From NCBI RefSeq assembly GCF_018350175.1, contig NC_058368.1:117306001-117370000 (forward strand): a stretch of 64,000 bases of DNA. Direction: 5' to 3'. Source of the DNA: Felis catus. Its lineage: Eukaryota. Both the position numbers and the translations under genes were made by a program. Each line of letters begins with the position of its first letter. Within the stretch, counting starts at the first letter, position 1. Positions 1-15,195 of this stretch are shown here, piece after piece. Below the pieces are notes generated by a model, which saw nothing but the letters and a program-made list of their open reading frames with translations, was not told the DNA's origin and made no database searches.

Positions 1-109
1 AAAACAAAATTGCAATAATGGTTGTACATAATGGTTTCCTGCTTTTCCTGCCTAACATCATATCATGAGTGTTCTTCCAAGTTGCTCTGAAAGCAATGTG
101 CCGGAATTC

Positions 110-334
110 TTTTTTTTTTTTTTTTTAATTTTTTTAATCTTTATTTTTGAGAGAGAGAGACAGAGTGCGAGCAGGGGAGGAAGAGAGAGACAGAGAGGGA
201 GACACAGATTCTTAAGCAGGCTCCAGGCTCTGAGCTGTCAGCAGAGCCCCATGAGGGGCTTGAACCCACGAACCATGAGATCATGACCTGAGCCAAAGTC
301 GGACGCTTAACCGACTGAGCCACGCAGGCGCCCC
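110..334 (-). mobile_element. Can-SINE (SINEC_Fc-like)
   Basis: tRNA-derived head, CT tract, A tail; TSD atgtgccggaattctt. Confidence 0.92.
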
Positions 335-993
335 AATGATGTGCCGGAATTCTTAAACAAAACAGTTACAGTGTAGTAAGTTCTAGAACTATTCTTTCCA
401 GAACAAAAACTAAGAAGGAAGGAATAAATGAGGCAGGCCATCCCTTTCCTTTGAAGACCACATCCCTCCTATGAAGTAGCATCCCTATGCTAGTGATACA
501 AAGCTCTGCTCCTGCTTGAGAATATAATGCTCCAGAAGTAGCTAGAGTCTGGAAGGGCCCACAGAAGAACTTTTCAAAACTCTCTTCTTCACACCACAAA
601 GGCTTCAGTATGAGGTGTCCTACATTTATAAATTGGTGTGTTCAATTATTTATTACATAACAGAGTTTGCAGGGAGAACAAGAGGACACATCCACACACT
701 CAAGATGCAGTCAGATTAACTAAATTGTCGCAGCTGTTTCAAAAAAAGGACAGATTACTTCACTACCATATTTTTATTCTCATGTTCATTAGAAAAGCAA
801 TGCATGATTGTTGAAAATTAGATTTCTTTTAATGACAAAGATATCTATGTACTGACATGAAAACTCTCCACGATATAGGAAGTACAGAACAATAAAGGTA
901 GTATGTTACCTTTTGGTAAGGGGATGGAGGATAAGAATCTATCAGTTTTTGCTTATAACTGCATTTTTTTTTAATAATTTTAACATTGACCAC

Positions 994-1206
994 TTTTTTT
1001 TTTAATGTTTATTTATTTTTGAGACAGAGAGAGACAGAGCATGAACGGGGGAGGGGCAGAGAGAGAGGGAGACACAGAAGCAGAAGCAGGCTCCAGGCTC
1101 TGAGCTGTCAGCACAGAGCCCGACGCGGGGCTCGAACTCACGGACCGTGAGATCATGACCTGAGCCGTAGTCGGACGCCCAACCGACTGAGCCACCCAGG
1201 CGCCCC
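994..1206 (-). mobile_element. Can-SINE
   Basis: Full consensus; flanking repeat taactgcattttt. Confidence 0.92.
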
Positions 1207-2850
1207 TTTAACTGCATTTTTAAACACAATGAAAGTATAATCAAGAAACTAATAAAAATGATGACCTCTAAGGGTAGGGAGGGGGAGGATGGAATGGATG
1301 AACACTAGGGTGGTTATGAGACTTCTTCATACCATGTTGACTTCTCAACTACCTAGATTACTTATGCAGAAAACCAGATAACGGAGAAGCAGGAAAGCCC
1401 CAGAGGAAACATCCTGTGGTGGAGGTATCATTAGTACTCCCTGAAAACTGGTCTATAATTTCATGTTTACAGGGAGATTGGTCCCTTATTAGCAAAAGAG
1501 TAAGTTCACATCTGACAATTCCCAAAGCATGTAAGGGATGCTGAGAACAGGGCTGTTCCCGTAAGGCAGCTGCTTTGGGCCCCAGCATGTAGCAGCCTAA
1601 AAGCACTGGATCACTCTCCTGCTTATCCTAAAGCCCAGCTCTGCTCTTGACATTTCCTGGAGATCCCATTCTTCTTCCTAAACACATCCCTGATCTCTAC
1701 CAACTCCAGGTCTCCATGGTGAAGGAATAACCAAACAAGAGCAAGAGTTGTCTGCCCAAGTGTAGCCCCTTCATCACGATCTGGACTTCCTGGTCTTACA
1801 CAACTCCATCTTTGTTGTACAACTGGAGGGATTTCCCATCATCTGCCTGCCACACATATCCTCCATCCTCATCAGTCTCTAAGTGGTTCCTAGCTACACA
1901 GACTCCAGAGAACTTCTTCAAAATATCCTTCAAAGATACCTAACGAGACCTGGCCAGAAGATGGCAAGAACAAATTTTGTAAAAACAAGTGCCCCTGAAT
2001 TAGAGCCTCTAAAATGTCAGGAATCAATAGAAAATGTCATATTGCCTGCTAACTTATCTTGTATGATCTCCATAAAAACAAGGATAATACCTACTCTGAA
2101 AGATACACAATTGAAATCTGCAGATAATGCTGGATGGTACCTTGGGTTTAAAAGATATAGTTTCAGTCTATGCATGTCAAGAATAGTAATACAGGCACAC
2201 ACTAAAGTTTGAATAGCTAGAAAGAGGCTCTAAAACTGGAATTATCTTGGGGGTAATTAGGAGTTAACAGTGATAGAAAAGGGTTGACAGTAAAAACTTT
2301 TCTGTACCAGCAAATTCTATCCAAGACAGACCAGGGGAATTCCCTGAGGGAAATTTATTCAGTATACTATCTCTGGGAAGTTAGGAGTATATTATCAGCG
2401 GGGAGTTCCATTATATGCTTGAAGGAGCTATTCAGCAGAGACAGGATTGGGAATATTTTTATCATGGAGTTATAAATATGTATAGAATGAACTGTCAAGC
2501 TGGTAAAAAACAATTTTTTCTTTAAGCCTTCTAAAAGGAAGGCTATGATTTCATGAAGTTACCAGACTAAAAAAAAAAAAAAAAACAAACATGCTCCAGC
2601 ATCTGTGCCCTCCAAAAACCACCAGTGTTGCTCCTATAAAGATACTAGCTGCAAGAGGACAAGATCCTTTTGTAAAAGGCAAGTTACAGCTTCCTGTCTT
2701 TTACTGATCAGTCCTCCAAATGTATTTCCTGACAGATAGAGGGCAGCATAACACACAGTTTGTATCTGAAAATCACAGAGGCTGTCTCTCTCTAACGTGA
2801 CTGCATCACTCGCAGACGTAACAATGACACAACTAAAACAGAAGAGATCC

Positions 2851-2870
2851 ATGTGCCATCTGGTGGCGAA
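2851..2870 (-). promoter_or_regulatory. CTCF motif, DIAPH1 intron 18
   Basis: Minus strand TTCGCCACCAGATGGCACAT; locally CpG-retaining unique sequence. Confidence 0.68.
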
Positions 2871-3751
2871 AGGAGAAAGAGCACTCTTCAGATATATCAA
2901 ATTCCTCTAGTTTAGAAGGAATTAAAGTTTAATTATCTTTATCTGATGACACCCTCCCTTAAATCTCCACCAGTAAGTCTTCCGTGGAAAGTAAACCGAC
3001 AGTCTTCATGAAACCTTTCACAGTTTTACACTAGTTTAGTTCCATACCCCGAAACACTAATTGAAAGCAAGAAGCAATTTCTAACGCCTGATCTCAGTGC
3101 AGGGAAAATGAATGAAACTCAAAACAAAACAACAGAAGAATTTTTTAGCAAACAGTCAAAACAAAAGAGTTTGAGATGATAACACCAAAGACAACTTATG
3201 CAAGCAAAAAGAAAGGGAAAAAAACCAGAATAACAAAACCCAGAAGTTTCAAGTTGAGAGTATCTTTTGGTTAATCTGTCTCATTTTATAGATGAGGAAA
3301 GAGGTATGAAGGAATATCGCTGGTGCAATCTCCTTAGTAGTCTGATTAAAACAAGGTACCACATTCCCCTATCACACACTACAATAAGTAATTCCTGATT
3401 TTTGATGGTAGGATAAATTGGTACCATCCTATACTTAGCAATACGGACACAAACTTTAAGAATATACTGCAGAAATGCAAATATACAGAGACAAATGTAA
3501 AATTATTCTTCTTGTAGCACTGCTTATAGTATAAAAAGCCGGTAACTTCTCAGTAAGAGATCAAGTGTATAGAGTTTAGATTTATTCGTGTGACAAAGTA
3601 CAATTATTCACTAGAAATAATGGGAATACATCTGTATGTAATGGTATCAATAGATGCTGAGAAATGTTCAGCTAAATGCACAACGGTACCTACCACATGG
3701 AATCCCACAGATTAAAAATATGTGTATACCCTCACATTTCTGTAATTTTAC

Positions 3752-3977
3752 TTTTTAAAAAAATTTTTTAAATATTTTTATTTATTTTTGAAGGAGAGTG
3801 AGACACACAGAGCATGAGCAGGGGAGGAGCGGAAAGAGGGAGACAGAGAATTCGAAGCAGGCTCCAGGCTGTAAGCTGTCAGCACAGAGCCTGATGCAGG
3901 GCTCGAACTCACAAACTGTGAGATCATGAGCTGAGCCGAAGTCGGACACTCAACTGACTGAGCCACCCAGGTGCCCC
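3752..3977 (-). mobile_element. Can-SINE
   Basis: Consensus GGGGCACCTGGGTGGCTCAGTC on minus strand. Confidence 0.9.
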
Positions 3978-4229
3978 TGTAATTTTATCTTTTAACGCCC
4001 CTGTCCCTTAAAGTTCCAGTTAAGATTAAGATTCTATTGGAAAATTTCCCACATTTTCCCACCTGAAAAGGATTTCACCCTTTCATTTATTAGAATAACA
4101 CATACAGCTGAAAGGTATGTTAACCATGGTCACTCCAGGCAGGGAGAAGACTTTTTTTAAAAAATATTTTTAGTGTATTCTATGTATTTGCTGAAATGAA
4201 GATATCATAATAGTACAGGAAGTGGCTTC

Positions 4230-5600
4230 AGACAGGACCATGGTAAGAGAGAGGAAGACACAGAGAGTGGGTATAATAATGGCAGAAGTCTACAGAAGCA
4301 TGTTTTCGGATGGCTTCAGTATTCTCAGTGAAGTAGGAGGACTGAGAATGAGGGAGATATTGGGTCTTTGAGAAGAGAAAAAGTGTGAAATTATCATTTA
4401 GAAGAATAGGAAGTTGAAGGTACTCGAAATGTTTAATATCCAATTGCTTGGCAGGATCAAGGGCTAAGCAACACTGCAAACTGAGTGGAGGAGACCCAGA
4501 AGAAAGAACAGCCAGTGAGGTAGGAGAAAAAGTAAGAGCATCTGCTGTCCTGAAAACTTGAAAAGTCTATCATGGAGGACCAAATGTTTACTTTTCTCCA
4601 GCCACTTTCATCAGCACAGCTACCTGTACAGGGCAAGGAGAGACTGTGGTTTTTGCCAATCAACTATGATGAAATCAGAGAGAGGTAACAGAAGGGGAAA
4701 ACATCCAAGAGAGTGATAATTATGATGATGAACCATGGAATTTTAGCTGAGGAGGAGAGTGAAGTCATCGAGGAACAGAAAGACAGTGAAAGGTGGTAGG
4801 ACAAATGGACTGGAAGTCCCGGGGGTGGCGGTCAGGATACTAGAGAGAGAAGTAAAAACATAGATCATGGGTGGCATGAAATTAAGACTGTGGAGGGACT
4901 GCAGTTTTGGTGATGACTGTAGGAGGGAATGGATGAGGTAGAGGACAAGATCACTGCAAAAGAAGAATTCAAGGAAGTGGGAAGCCAAAATACTGGCAGG
5001 ATCATGACCCTTTCATACAGAAATTGCAAAGAATTAAGGTGGAAGTGGTACTGGAGTACTGCAAATTGCTAACCTGGCTGAGAGAGGAGTAACTTGGGAT
5101 GTTAGTAGATCATTGGCACTAAGAAAGGAACTGGGTGATGTAATTTGATGTCATGAGATTCAAAATTATGGGTTTTTAGCCAAGAGAAAGGTGGTATGAT
5201 CTTAAAGTGGCAAAAACAACGAAGAGGACATCTATACCATCTCTGGATCCAGGTCCATTAAGATGAGATTTATGTGAAAAAAAAACCCATCACAGGAGAA
5301 ACACAAGAAGGAAAGAAGTGTTGAGGGAAAGCCAGGTTTCTGTTAGACCACCAAGGTTAAGTTGATGTTATCGGAGACTTTGCTTGTATTGGACCAAGAA
5401 TTCCAGAGGGCACAGTGAATGGGTTTCAGGTGCTCAGGTAGGATCAGAGGAGGAGACTGAATAGGAGATACGTAGACCCTTAAGGGGATTCGAGTATGGG
5501 ATGTGAGGACGACCTATAGTAATACACACCAAGATAAATAGCATAATATTAGATCCAGTGAATTCAAGGCAAATGGTGATGGAAAGGTTGAGAGGAGAGA
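4230..5600. mobile_element. Ancient LINE-2-like fragments (boundaries approximate)
   Basis: Purine-rich degenerate sequence with L2-like motifs such as ggatggcttcagtattctcagtgaagtaggag. Confidence 0.45.
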
Positions 5601-6040
5601 GGAGTATGTGAAAGGGATGGTTAGGTTCTTTTTTTATACCCCTGATGATGGGCAGAGGACAAGCCAAATGTTCAGGGCTCCTCATTACCCCAGGTGATAG
5701 GAGATTCAGCTTTTTTAGATGATGAGGAAGTGCCCTCTGATATTAGGGAACTTCCCAAGTACTTTGCACTAACTCATAGACTGATCCTACTTAGAACCCA
5801 AGAAAATTAGTAATTAAAAGACCATAATCCCAACAAATATTCACTTGAATAGCACTTGGAGTCTTAATCCTATACACTTGAGAGCAGTAACGAACTGATG
5901 GAACAGACATCTTTCTGCCAAGACATTCAATGAATAGAGTGGAGCATGCTGAGCTCTTACAAAATCTTGTTTCTAGGGGTTAAAGTTGCAGAAACTGTAA
6001 AGATTCACTTGGACATTTCCTGATAAAAATCCAACTGAAA

Positions 6041-6060
6041 GAGTGCCCCCTAGTGGACAG
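6041..6060 (-). promoter_or_regulatory. CTCF motif, DIAPH1 intron 18
   Basis: Minus strand CTGTCCACTAGGGGGCACTC. Confidence 0.68.
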
Positions 6061-7544
6061 AAGAGGATCACAGGGAAAAGGAAAGACCCTTTGACCTCTG
6101 GGGAAAGAAGGGATTGCTTCCCCACCACTGGCTACCCTTGAAGCCTGAACCAAACAAGTTCTGGGAGAGCAACAGAGGATTGTTGCCAACAGTTCTGACC
6201 TGTGGGACAACAGCACAAACACTGGGATCTTGATGCACACAGTCAAATCCTAATGAAAATACTGTTACTGTGTATGAAATTTGCAGCTCTTGCTCAAGAT
6301 CTTACTTTTAGGCAGAGTTCTTTCTAAATTACTGCTGATAACCACTTGGAGAGCTGTTCTGATGATGCCCAAAGTTGCCACAAGGCCCCTCATACTTTTT
6401 AACAGGGAGAGGGTTTAACCTACATATTGTCTGTCCAATGCACACCACTAATGGAGGTTAGCTTGTGGATCTTAAAAGCCCAGAACATTTTTGGATGGAA
6501 GGAATAAACCTAAAAAGGAAAATGTCACTGTTACCTAGCACATCAGTTATCACTTCTTACACCGTTCCAAGGACAGTATTTTTCATGGGATCAAGTCATT
6601 AACAAAAGAGAGTAAGAGTTAGAAGGAAAGCTGAATGAAAAACTACTTATCTCATACATACAAATAATGACCTGAGGTCACCACGGTGATGAAAATGCTC
6701 CTTAGGAAAAGATGAAAAAAAATAAAATTTAACTAATGAATGTGTTCCCAAGGAATTCAAAAGGCAGAGTCAAGAAAGAGACCATGATAAAAGACTCCTT
6801 GCTGATCACCATAAGAAGAGTGAGAAAGTAAAAAGGGCTACAAGTTTTTATAGCACTGCCTATCAAATCTGAATTCATAATATTCCCTGGCAAGGAATAA
6901 ATCAACTGAGGAAATTTGTGATTTATAGAAAGTCAAGAGTTCAGAAACAAGAGACTAATCTTTAAGAGAAAAATGATCAAGAGAACTTGTATACATTTGA
7001 GGACTGGCTCCTCTCTCTGGGCTCTTACTTAAAAAGGCCCACATCTTCCTGAACCGTAATGAAGAAGTGGCTGGAGACCTCTGATTAAGGAGGGAGATGT
7101 AAAGAGTGAGGTAGGCGTTTTCTTTAAGGTTCATTCCTGGAGTAGGTATACAAGAGGCTTTAGGGATCAGTAAAATAAAAGGGGGATACAGCTATGTCTA
7201 ACAAGTAACGGAGACTTGTGTTTAGCAAATGAGAAAGGAAATAATGCAATATTATGAACACCCACTTTCCAAATAACTTCCTCATCAAGCCTGGCAACTA
7301 CTAGGCTGAAATCATCTAAGCAGAACTTTTATTGTAATAGAGAAGCAGGTCTTAGTTCTCCAACTGGATTCATTGCTACAAGTGAATATACTAGAATCAA
7401 AACATGTCTCTTCTTCTTCAACCCTAAATATCCAGTATTTCACCTACTTTCCCTAATCTGTTATTTCTTTTTTGTACTAAGAGTCACTGCCAATTCAAGG
7501 ACAGAAGTGAAGTGCCTGAATGAATGAAGTAGTTGCAAAACTAC

Positions 7545-7766
7545 TTTTTTTTTTTTTCAACTTTTTTTTTTAATTTATTTTTGGGACAGAGAGAGACAGA
7601 GCATGAACGGGGGAGGGGCAGAGAGAGAGGGAGACACAGAATTGGAAGCAGGCTCCAGGCTCTGAGCCATCAGCCCAGAGCCCGATGCGGGGCTCGAACT
7701 CACGGACCGCGAGATCGTGACCTGGCTGAAGTCGGACGCTTAACCGACTACGCCACCCAGGCGCCC
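7545..7766 (-). mobile_element. Can-SINE (young, CpG-rich)
   Basis: Full consensus; TSD aactactt. Confidence 0.92.
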
Positions 7767-8989
7767 CAGAACTACTTCTTTCATCTTTTGTCTGGAGCTA
7801 AGCTTCTGGAAACATTTAGGGGAGGGATATACACTTCTGGAATGCAGAGGGCCAGAGCAAGGACTTTGGAATCAGACACTCAAGAGTGAGAATCCTGGCT
7901 TTGGCACTTACTATATAGACTTGTAAAAGTTATTCAAATTAGGTCTCTAATTCTTTATCTGAAAGACAGAATATTTACAGAGTGCTAATGAGTATTTATC
8001 TATTGTTTAATTACATCATCAATATTAAGACTATGAAACTGAAACTGGTTACCTACCTGACAAAAAGGATTAAGGATGAAGATATTCTGAAATTTTACAT
8101 GGACATGTTTAAAACATCAGAAACAAAAGAAACCTTGCTTTTATAATCAGGAGACCTGGGCCCTTAGAGGCCTACCTCTGAAGCTGCTAAAGCCCGAATT
8201 TCCTTACCTGACATAAACTTTAAGATCCTCAAAGTCTTTTTTTACTCAAGTGTTTTTTTTCAGGTATGTTGTGATCAAGGGGCTACTTGGGAACAATATG
8301 CATGGAGTTTGCCAACCTGAAGCACCAAGAGAAGGAAGTTCAAAACTGCATCAGGAAAGCCAAGGGCAAATTAGCCCTGATCACAGTGGGAGTTATACAT
8401 GGGATGGGGTCCCTATGCAGTACTTCTGCCTGCTACCTGAGACCCCTGCAGCAATGGCATTAAATCAACTATTCTGTTCCCAAGAGACATGTTAAATAAG
8501 TCCCAATATTCAAATACCTCTTGAATCACCAGAGATTCACAGACTAACTCAAAGGGGAAAAAAGCAGGCAAACAGAGAAGAAAAAAATAAATATCGGACA
8601 TTAAAGTCAGTAAAACATTAAAAATCCAAAGAAAGAATTATTTTTAAAATGGGGAGGCATTTCTTTTTTGGGGGGAAATGAATGAAAACATAGATGTACC
8701 ATGGGCAACAAGCAGCAGGAATGTCCTGGTGCATCTGAGTGCTGTAAGTAACTTAGAGTTGGGTAAACAGTAAGTACTTAGGATTATATTTGACAGAGAA
8801 AATAAAACCTCCCCCAGGAATTTCTTTAAATCATTAAGATTTAGAATGTCTGGAAAACTCATGATTTTGTAGTTTTCAGAACACACCCTCAAGTGTTTCC
8901 TAATGAAAAGACAGGGACATTACGACAGTGTGCCAATTTAACAGCTGCAAATGGTAACTGAAACTAAAGATATTTAAAGACTAGCTAGA

Positions 8990-9140
8990 GGGGTGCCTGT
9001 CAATCAGTTAAGTGTCTGACTCTTGATTTCGGCTCACGTCATGATGTCAAGGTCGTGAGATTGAGTCCCGTGTCCGGCTCTGTGCTGGGCATGGAGCCTG
9101 AGTAAGATTCTCTCTCTGCCTCTCCCCTGCTTGTGCACTC
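8990..9140 (+). mobile_element. Degenerate Can-SINE
   Basis: ggggtgcctg...cagttaagtgtctgactcttgatttcggctca. Confidence 0.75.
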
Positions 9141-10664
9141 AGCAATCTACTAGTGAGTATTATTACTACACAAAAATCAATAGTCCATTAAACCAAACTA
9201 AAGAAAATTTAAAAAAGAACCAAGGCTGGTAGAAAGTTAGAAACTTAAATGAAAAGAATGTCGTTTCTCGGGCAGAACCTGAGAACTGAAGGATCATTAA
9301 AAAGTTTGGTTACAGTGCTGAAAATGACAAAAGATAAAGTCTGGCTTGGGTATTTTTAACATACCATCTATCAATTCACAAGGGGAATAAAATGCCAAGG
9401 AAAACCATTAAACTGCAGAAAATCCCGCTCTCATCAACAGTAATATGAGTGTACAGAAGTAGGATGTGACCAAGGCAGGAGGAAAGGGGTCCAGCCAGTA
9501 TGCATGCACAGTGGCACTCAGAGCACAGCTGCAAGAAAGCAACTTAGGCCAGAGCCAACAAAGGGCTAGATTCTGTGACCTTACAAATTAGGAAATCATT
9601 TGATTTTGAGTTTCTCTGTCAACTAGTCTTTGGTGATATACTAGAGTAGGGTAAGTTGTCATTGTCATGGTATTTTTCACTAAGAGGGTGGAAGTAATCC
9701 ACTGTGCTGGGCTTTAGTTCAGAAGATGGCAGCTCTTCTGGAATACAAGGCCACTTTGCCCTGAGTGACAGGGCAACATGTCAAGAGTGTGAGCACAGCG
9801 ATCTCACACTCTCAGATACATGCACATATCTAGGGACCACCAAAGACACCTAGCAATGTTAGGCTCCTTATAAGAAAGTGCAGCTTGGTCCCCTCAGATC
9901 ACTCAAGGAATAAAATAAAGGGGCAGGAGGAGGGCAGAGAGAAGATGGGGAAATGCTCAAAAGTTGCACTTAGTTTCCATCACTAGGGTCATAATATACC
10001 CCTAAGTAAATAAAAAAGCTTTCAGATGGAAATACAAAATTAGTGGGCTATAATTGTCATTAAATTCAAATACTGTATTCTTCAGGGGAAATAACTACAA
10101 GTGCCCCATCATAAGGCAGCACAAAACCACAAAAATTAGGAAGTGAAGAAAGAAGAGGGCAAAAAGATCAGTTCTTCTAGAACAAAGGGGAAGATACAAA
10201 GGTGAAGAAGCAAGAATTTATACCAAAAAAAAACCATGGACCAGAAGACAAGATCCCTAGATCTGGTCACTTAACCTTGGGCAAGGTACCTACTCACTCC
10301 AAACATGCTACAGAATGGAGATAATACACATCCTGCTTATCTCTTAAGGCTTCTTTGCAGATCCAAGAAGTAACACATGTTAAAGCAGGTAGAAGACTAC
10401 AAAACACAACAGAAATGTAAGGTAACAGTATTAGTACTTCAGGTGTGGCAGTCTGGACTTAAAATAACTTTCTACCCTGTCAGTTAACATCACGGGTACT
10501 GAGCCTTCTGGACTATTAATAAAAAAACAAACAAACAAACAAACAAAACTGCAGTAGAGATATCAATCCCCGATCTCTCAGTCTTAAGAGAAATCGCTTT
10601 ACATCTGCTTCATCTCGCTCTAATGTTCAAGATACTCAATTAAAAGGCTCTTCTGTATTCTTAC

Positions 10665-10673
10665 CTTTTGAAG
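10665..10673 (-). CDS. DIAPH1: DIAPH1 exon 18, 9-nt micro-exon (CTTCAAAAG; completes T-S-K)
   Basis: ttttccctccAG|CTTCAAAAG|GTAAGA; phase 1/1; matches the TSKA linker of DIAPH1. Confidence 0.85.
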
Positions 10674-11149
10674 CTGGAGGGAAAATGGCCATGAAAACAT
10701 CAAATATTGAAAAGAAATGGAAGGGGAAAAAAAAAAAAAGAATCACACATGGCTCTGTTACTAGAGACAGTCACTCAATCACCTAAGCTATTCAAAACTC
10801 CACCCAACCCTTTATGAGTGTAGGTCTAGGATGGCACCTTAAAGACAGTGTCAGAATCCGTTCAAGGGTATTATTAACAGGGGCCTAGACTGAGCTTCTT
10901 GTCACCTTCATCTCATATCCCCAACAAGTTATACTGATATAAAATACCCATATACAAAACAAACTGGGGGGAAAAATACCAAAATGCAACAGTTTTCTTT
11001 CTCAACCTCAGCACCCCCAGAATACAAAAATATCTTAATTCCTTCCTAACAGGAAAAACCACCTCTCTTCAACCCTCACCCAGGGACAGGAAAAGAATGG
11101 AAAACCCACTTAAAGGACACTCCAAGTCCTATCCTGGCCCTGGGCATCA

Positions 11150-11347
<198 letters not shown>

Positions 11348-12138
11348 TTAACATGCAGAAGACGTGGGTAGTGGTTCTCAGCAAAACAGACTAATCCAAG
11401 ACACAGAGGAGCTGCACTCTTCATGGTAGGATCAGGAGACAGTGCTTCCAGTTTGTTTTTTGGTGATTATTCAAGAACTAGATTCAGTTATGCTACTTAT
11501 CTTCCTCCTAACCTCAAGTCCTCTAGTTTAGAAGTATTGAGGATTTCACATCTTCCCTTGCTCTACATTATATTTTTCCCAAAAATTTAGCTATTAACTA
11601 TGACAAACGGAAAAAAACAATTTAACTATGACAAATTAGTTTATGAGTTTATTAGTTTATTTTGTATCACTAGGCTCTTTTAACTTGGTTTCTTTAAGCA
11701 GAAGGCTAATGCAGAAATCACAGGGGCCTCAAATGCACAGTGGAGGAAATACTGTGCCATGCAAACATGTCCTCTGTAACTCACTGATGGCAGAGAGAGG
11801 TATCAGGATGTATCCAAAAGCCACAACTTTCCAGATCAGCACTACTGTCAGCAGCTCGCAAACTGGTGAAATGACTATTACCAAACTGTTTGTTACCATG
11901 GCACTCATAACCTCAGAAAAAAGACCAAAAACATTAACTTAAAGATATGTTTAGGGTTTGTAGCAGAGAATAGGGCTCCAAGAACTCTCCGAAGTGATGT
12001 CTGCCATACAGAAGACGCCTAACCTGTGCTGAATAAGCAGAAGCGTGAATGGAACCTGAAGACAGATGTTAGTCGTAAGAAAGGGAAGACCACCTGGGCA
12101 CAAAGTAGGAAAGTGAAGTGGTTTCTTAATACCTACTA

Positions 12139-12945
<807 letters not shown>

Positions 12946-13304
12946 CTAGAGGAACAACAACAATGGAAGTATTCCTCCCTTCACTCAGGGACTACTGGGG
13001 TTGGAAGAGACCTACAAAATTACTTAATCCAAACTTCTCATTTTTACACACACAGACACTGAAAGTAATCAGACAGACTCCTCAAGTCATACCTAAAGTC
13101 ACAGATATTTAGGGACACAAACTAGAATTCAGGTCTTCATGTTCTTAGTTTAGCATGCTTTGCATTAAAAAAGCAACTTCAACCTCTATGTTAAATTCTC
13201 CCTTTAATTAGAAAATACAAAGTTCAAGCAAATCAAATATTCTAGTGATAAAACCATGTAAGTGATCAACTTATCAGATACCATATTTAAGTATTTGTAA
13301 CTGC

Positions 13305-13522
13305 AGGGGTGCCTGGGTGGCTCGGTCACTTAATGCATCTGACTTCAGCTCAGGTCATGATCTCACAGTTCCCGAGTTCGAGCCCTGCGTCAGGCTCTGT
13401 GCTGACAGCTCAGAGCCTGGAGCCTGCTTTGGATTCTGTGTCTCCCTCTCCCTCTGCCTCTTCCCCGCTAGCGCAGGTGCACACTCTCTCTCTCTCAAAA
13501 ATAAACAAACATTAAAAAAATA
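13305..13522 (+). mobile_element. Can-SINE
   Basis: Full consensus with diverged TSD (..taactgca). Confidence 0.9.
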
Positions 13523-13873
13523 AATACTTATAACTGCAAAGAGAGTATGGGGATAAATCTGTCCAGAAATAGCTAAAATAAGAGAAAATTAGCAAATATG
13601 TGAAGAGGTAATTTGGATTTTACTCCTGAATGTCTTAGAAGACCTTTAGTTTTAATTCTGGGTAGTACTGTGACTCCTTTTATTCTCTACGTTGTCTGTA
13701 TTTTCCAAATTTTCTATCTTATGTATTACCTCAAAATAAAACAAAAAACAGTAAATGATTTTTAAAACATGCACTATCTAACTAGATTACCTATTAATAG
13801 CTGAACCCTCCCGAGGAATAAGGTGTCTGACTCCTGCTGCAGACAGGCCTATCAGGAGGCTGCTGATGGCTCA

Positions 13874-14086
<213 letters not shown>

Positions 14087-14327
14087 CTAAAGGAGAAAGG
14101 AATTAGGCTCTTTGTAAGCTCTCCATTCCAGCAAGAAGCACAGCGTTATTCCCCAAAATTCACTATTTTGTCCCAATGCTTTTAGAGAGCTCACTTTCCC
14201 AGGGAATGCCTGGGAAAAAAGACCACCATGATTCTGACCTTAAAATCAAGGTTAAAGAAGGGGGAAACCAGGGATCATTTCCACAGTCTATCTAATTTGG
14301 GGAATTACAAAAACAAACAAAAACAAC

Positions 14328-14715
14328 CTAAGACAAATACTGTATGATTTCACTTACGTGTGGAATAAAAAAAAAACAAAAAAACAAGAAAACAGATCAA
14401 CAAACAAAAAAAGCAGAAACCCATAAATACAGAGAACAAACAGGTGTTTGCCAGATGCAAAGGGGGTGGGGGGTAGGCAAAATGGATGACAGCAATTGGG
14501 AGGTACAGGCTTCCAGTTATGGAATGAATAAGCCACAGGGACGAAAGGCACAGAAGAGAGAATATGGTCAACAGCACTGTAATAGTGTTGCATAATGACA
14601 GATGGTAGCTACACTTTGTGGTGAGCACAGCATAATGTATAGAGTTGCTGAATCACTATGTTGCACCCCTAAAATTAACCTAACATTGTGTGTCAACTAT
14701 ACTTCAGTTAAAAAC
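14328..14715 (+). mobile_element. L1 3' UTR fragment
   Basis: agacaaatactgtatgatttcactta...tgtgtcaactatacttcag is a typical L1 3' end. Confidence 0.8.
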
Positions 14716-15195
14716 CAAGCAATCAAATAAACCTAAGATTTTAAAGAAATCTAACACCGTTAAGACATTTCACCAGAGCAGCTATGGTAGACAATCCCAG
14801 CAGCCTCTAGGAGCAAACCCCCATCAACCGCAATAGGAGTCCGTAACAACTAAAGAGGAAAAAAAGAATTCACACACATATTCCTGTTGTTCTAGGAATA
14901 AGAGGCCTGAGATGCCAGCAAAACTGCAAGAACTGTCATTGTTATTCATGAAAGCCATCTGTCTTTTCCTGTCCTACCCAGGGGATCAAGAACTGTGTAC
15001 CACCAATTCCTCTGGATCACATCCATGTTAGTTTCTCCAGTGACTAACCTATACCAGAAAGGTTTCTCCTAGGAACCGCTACTGTGTGCTGAATGTTTGC
15101 TAAGTATCACAGGTAACAGTTTCACATGTCCGAAAAAAACATAATCCTTAAAAAGGGAAAAAAAGACCCCAATTTTTTTGATCTCTCATACATGC

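Noticed and set aside
1..10664. Search for DIAPH1 exon 19 (AKKDQEGGEEKK-type) or a nested gene, including the 109-aa ORF at 1883-2212
   Set aside because: No matching exon seen; the ORFs lack recognisable homology or splice structure, so the region is treated as intron 18. A non-coding antisense RNA cannot be judged from sequence alone
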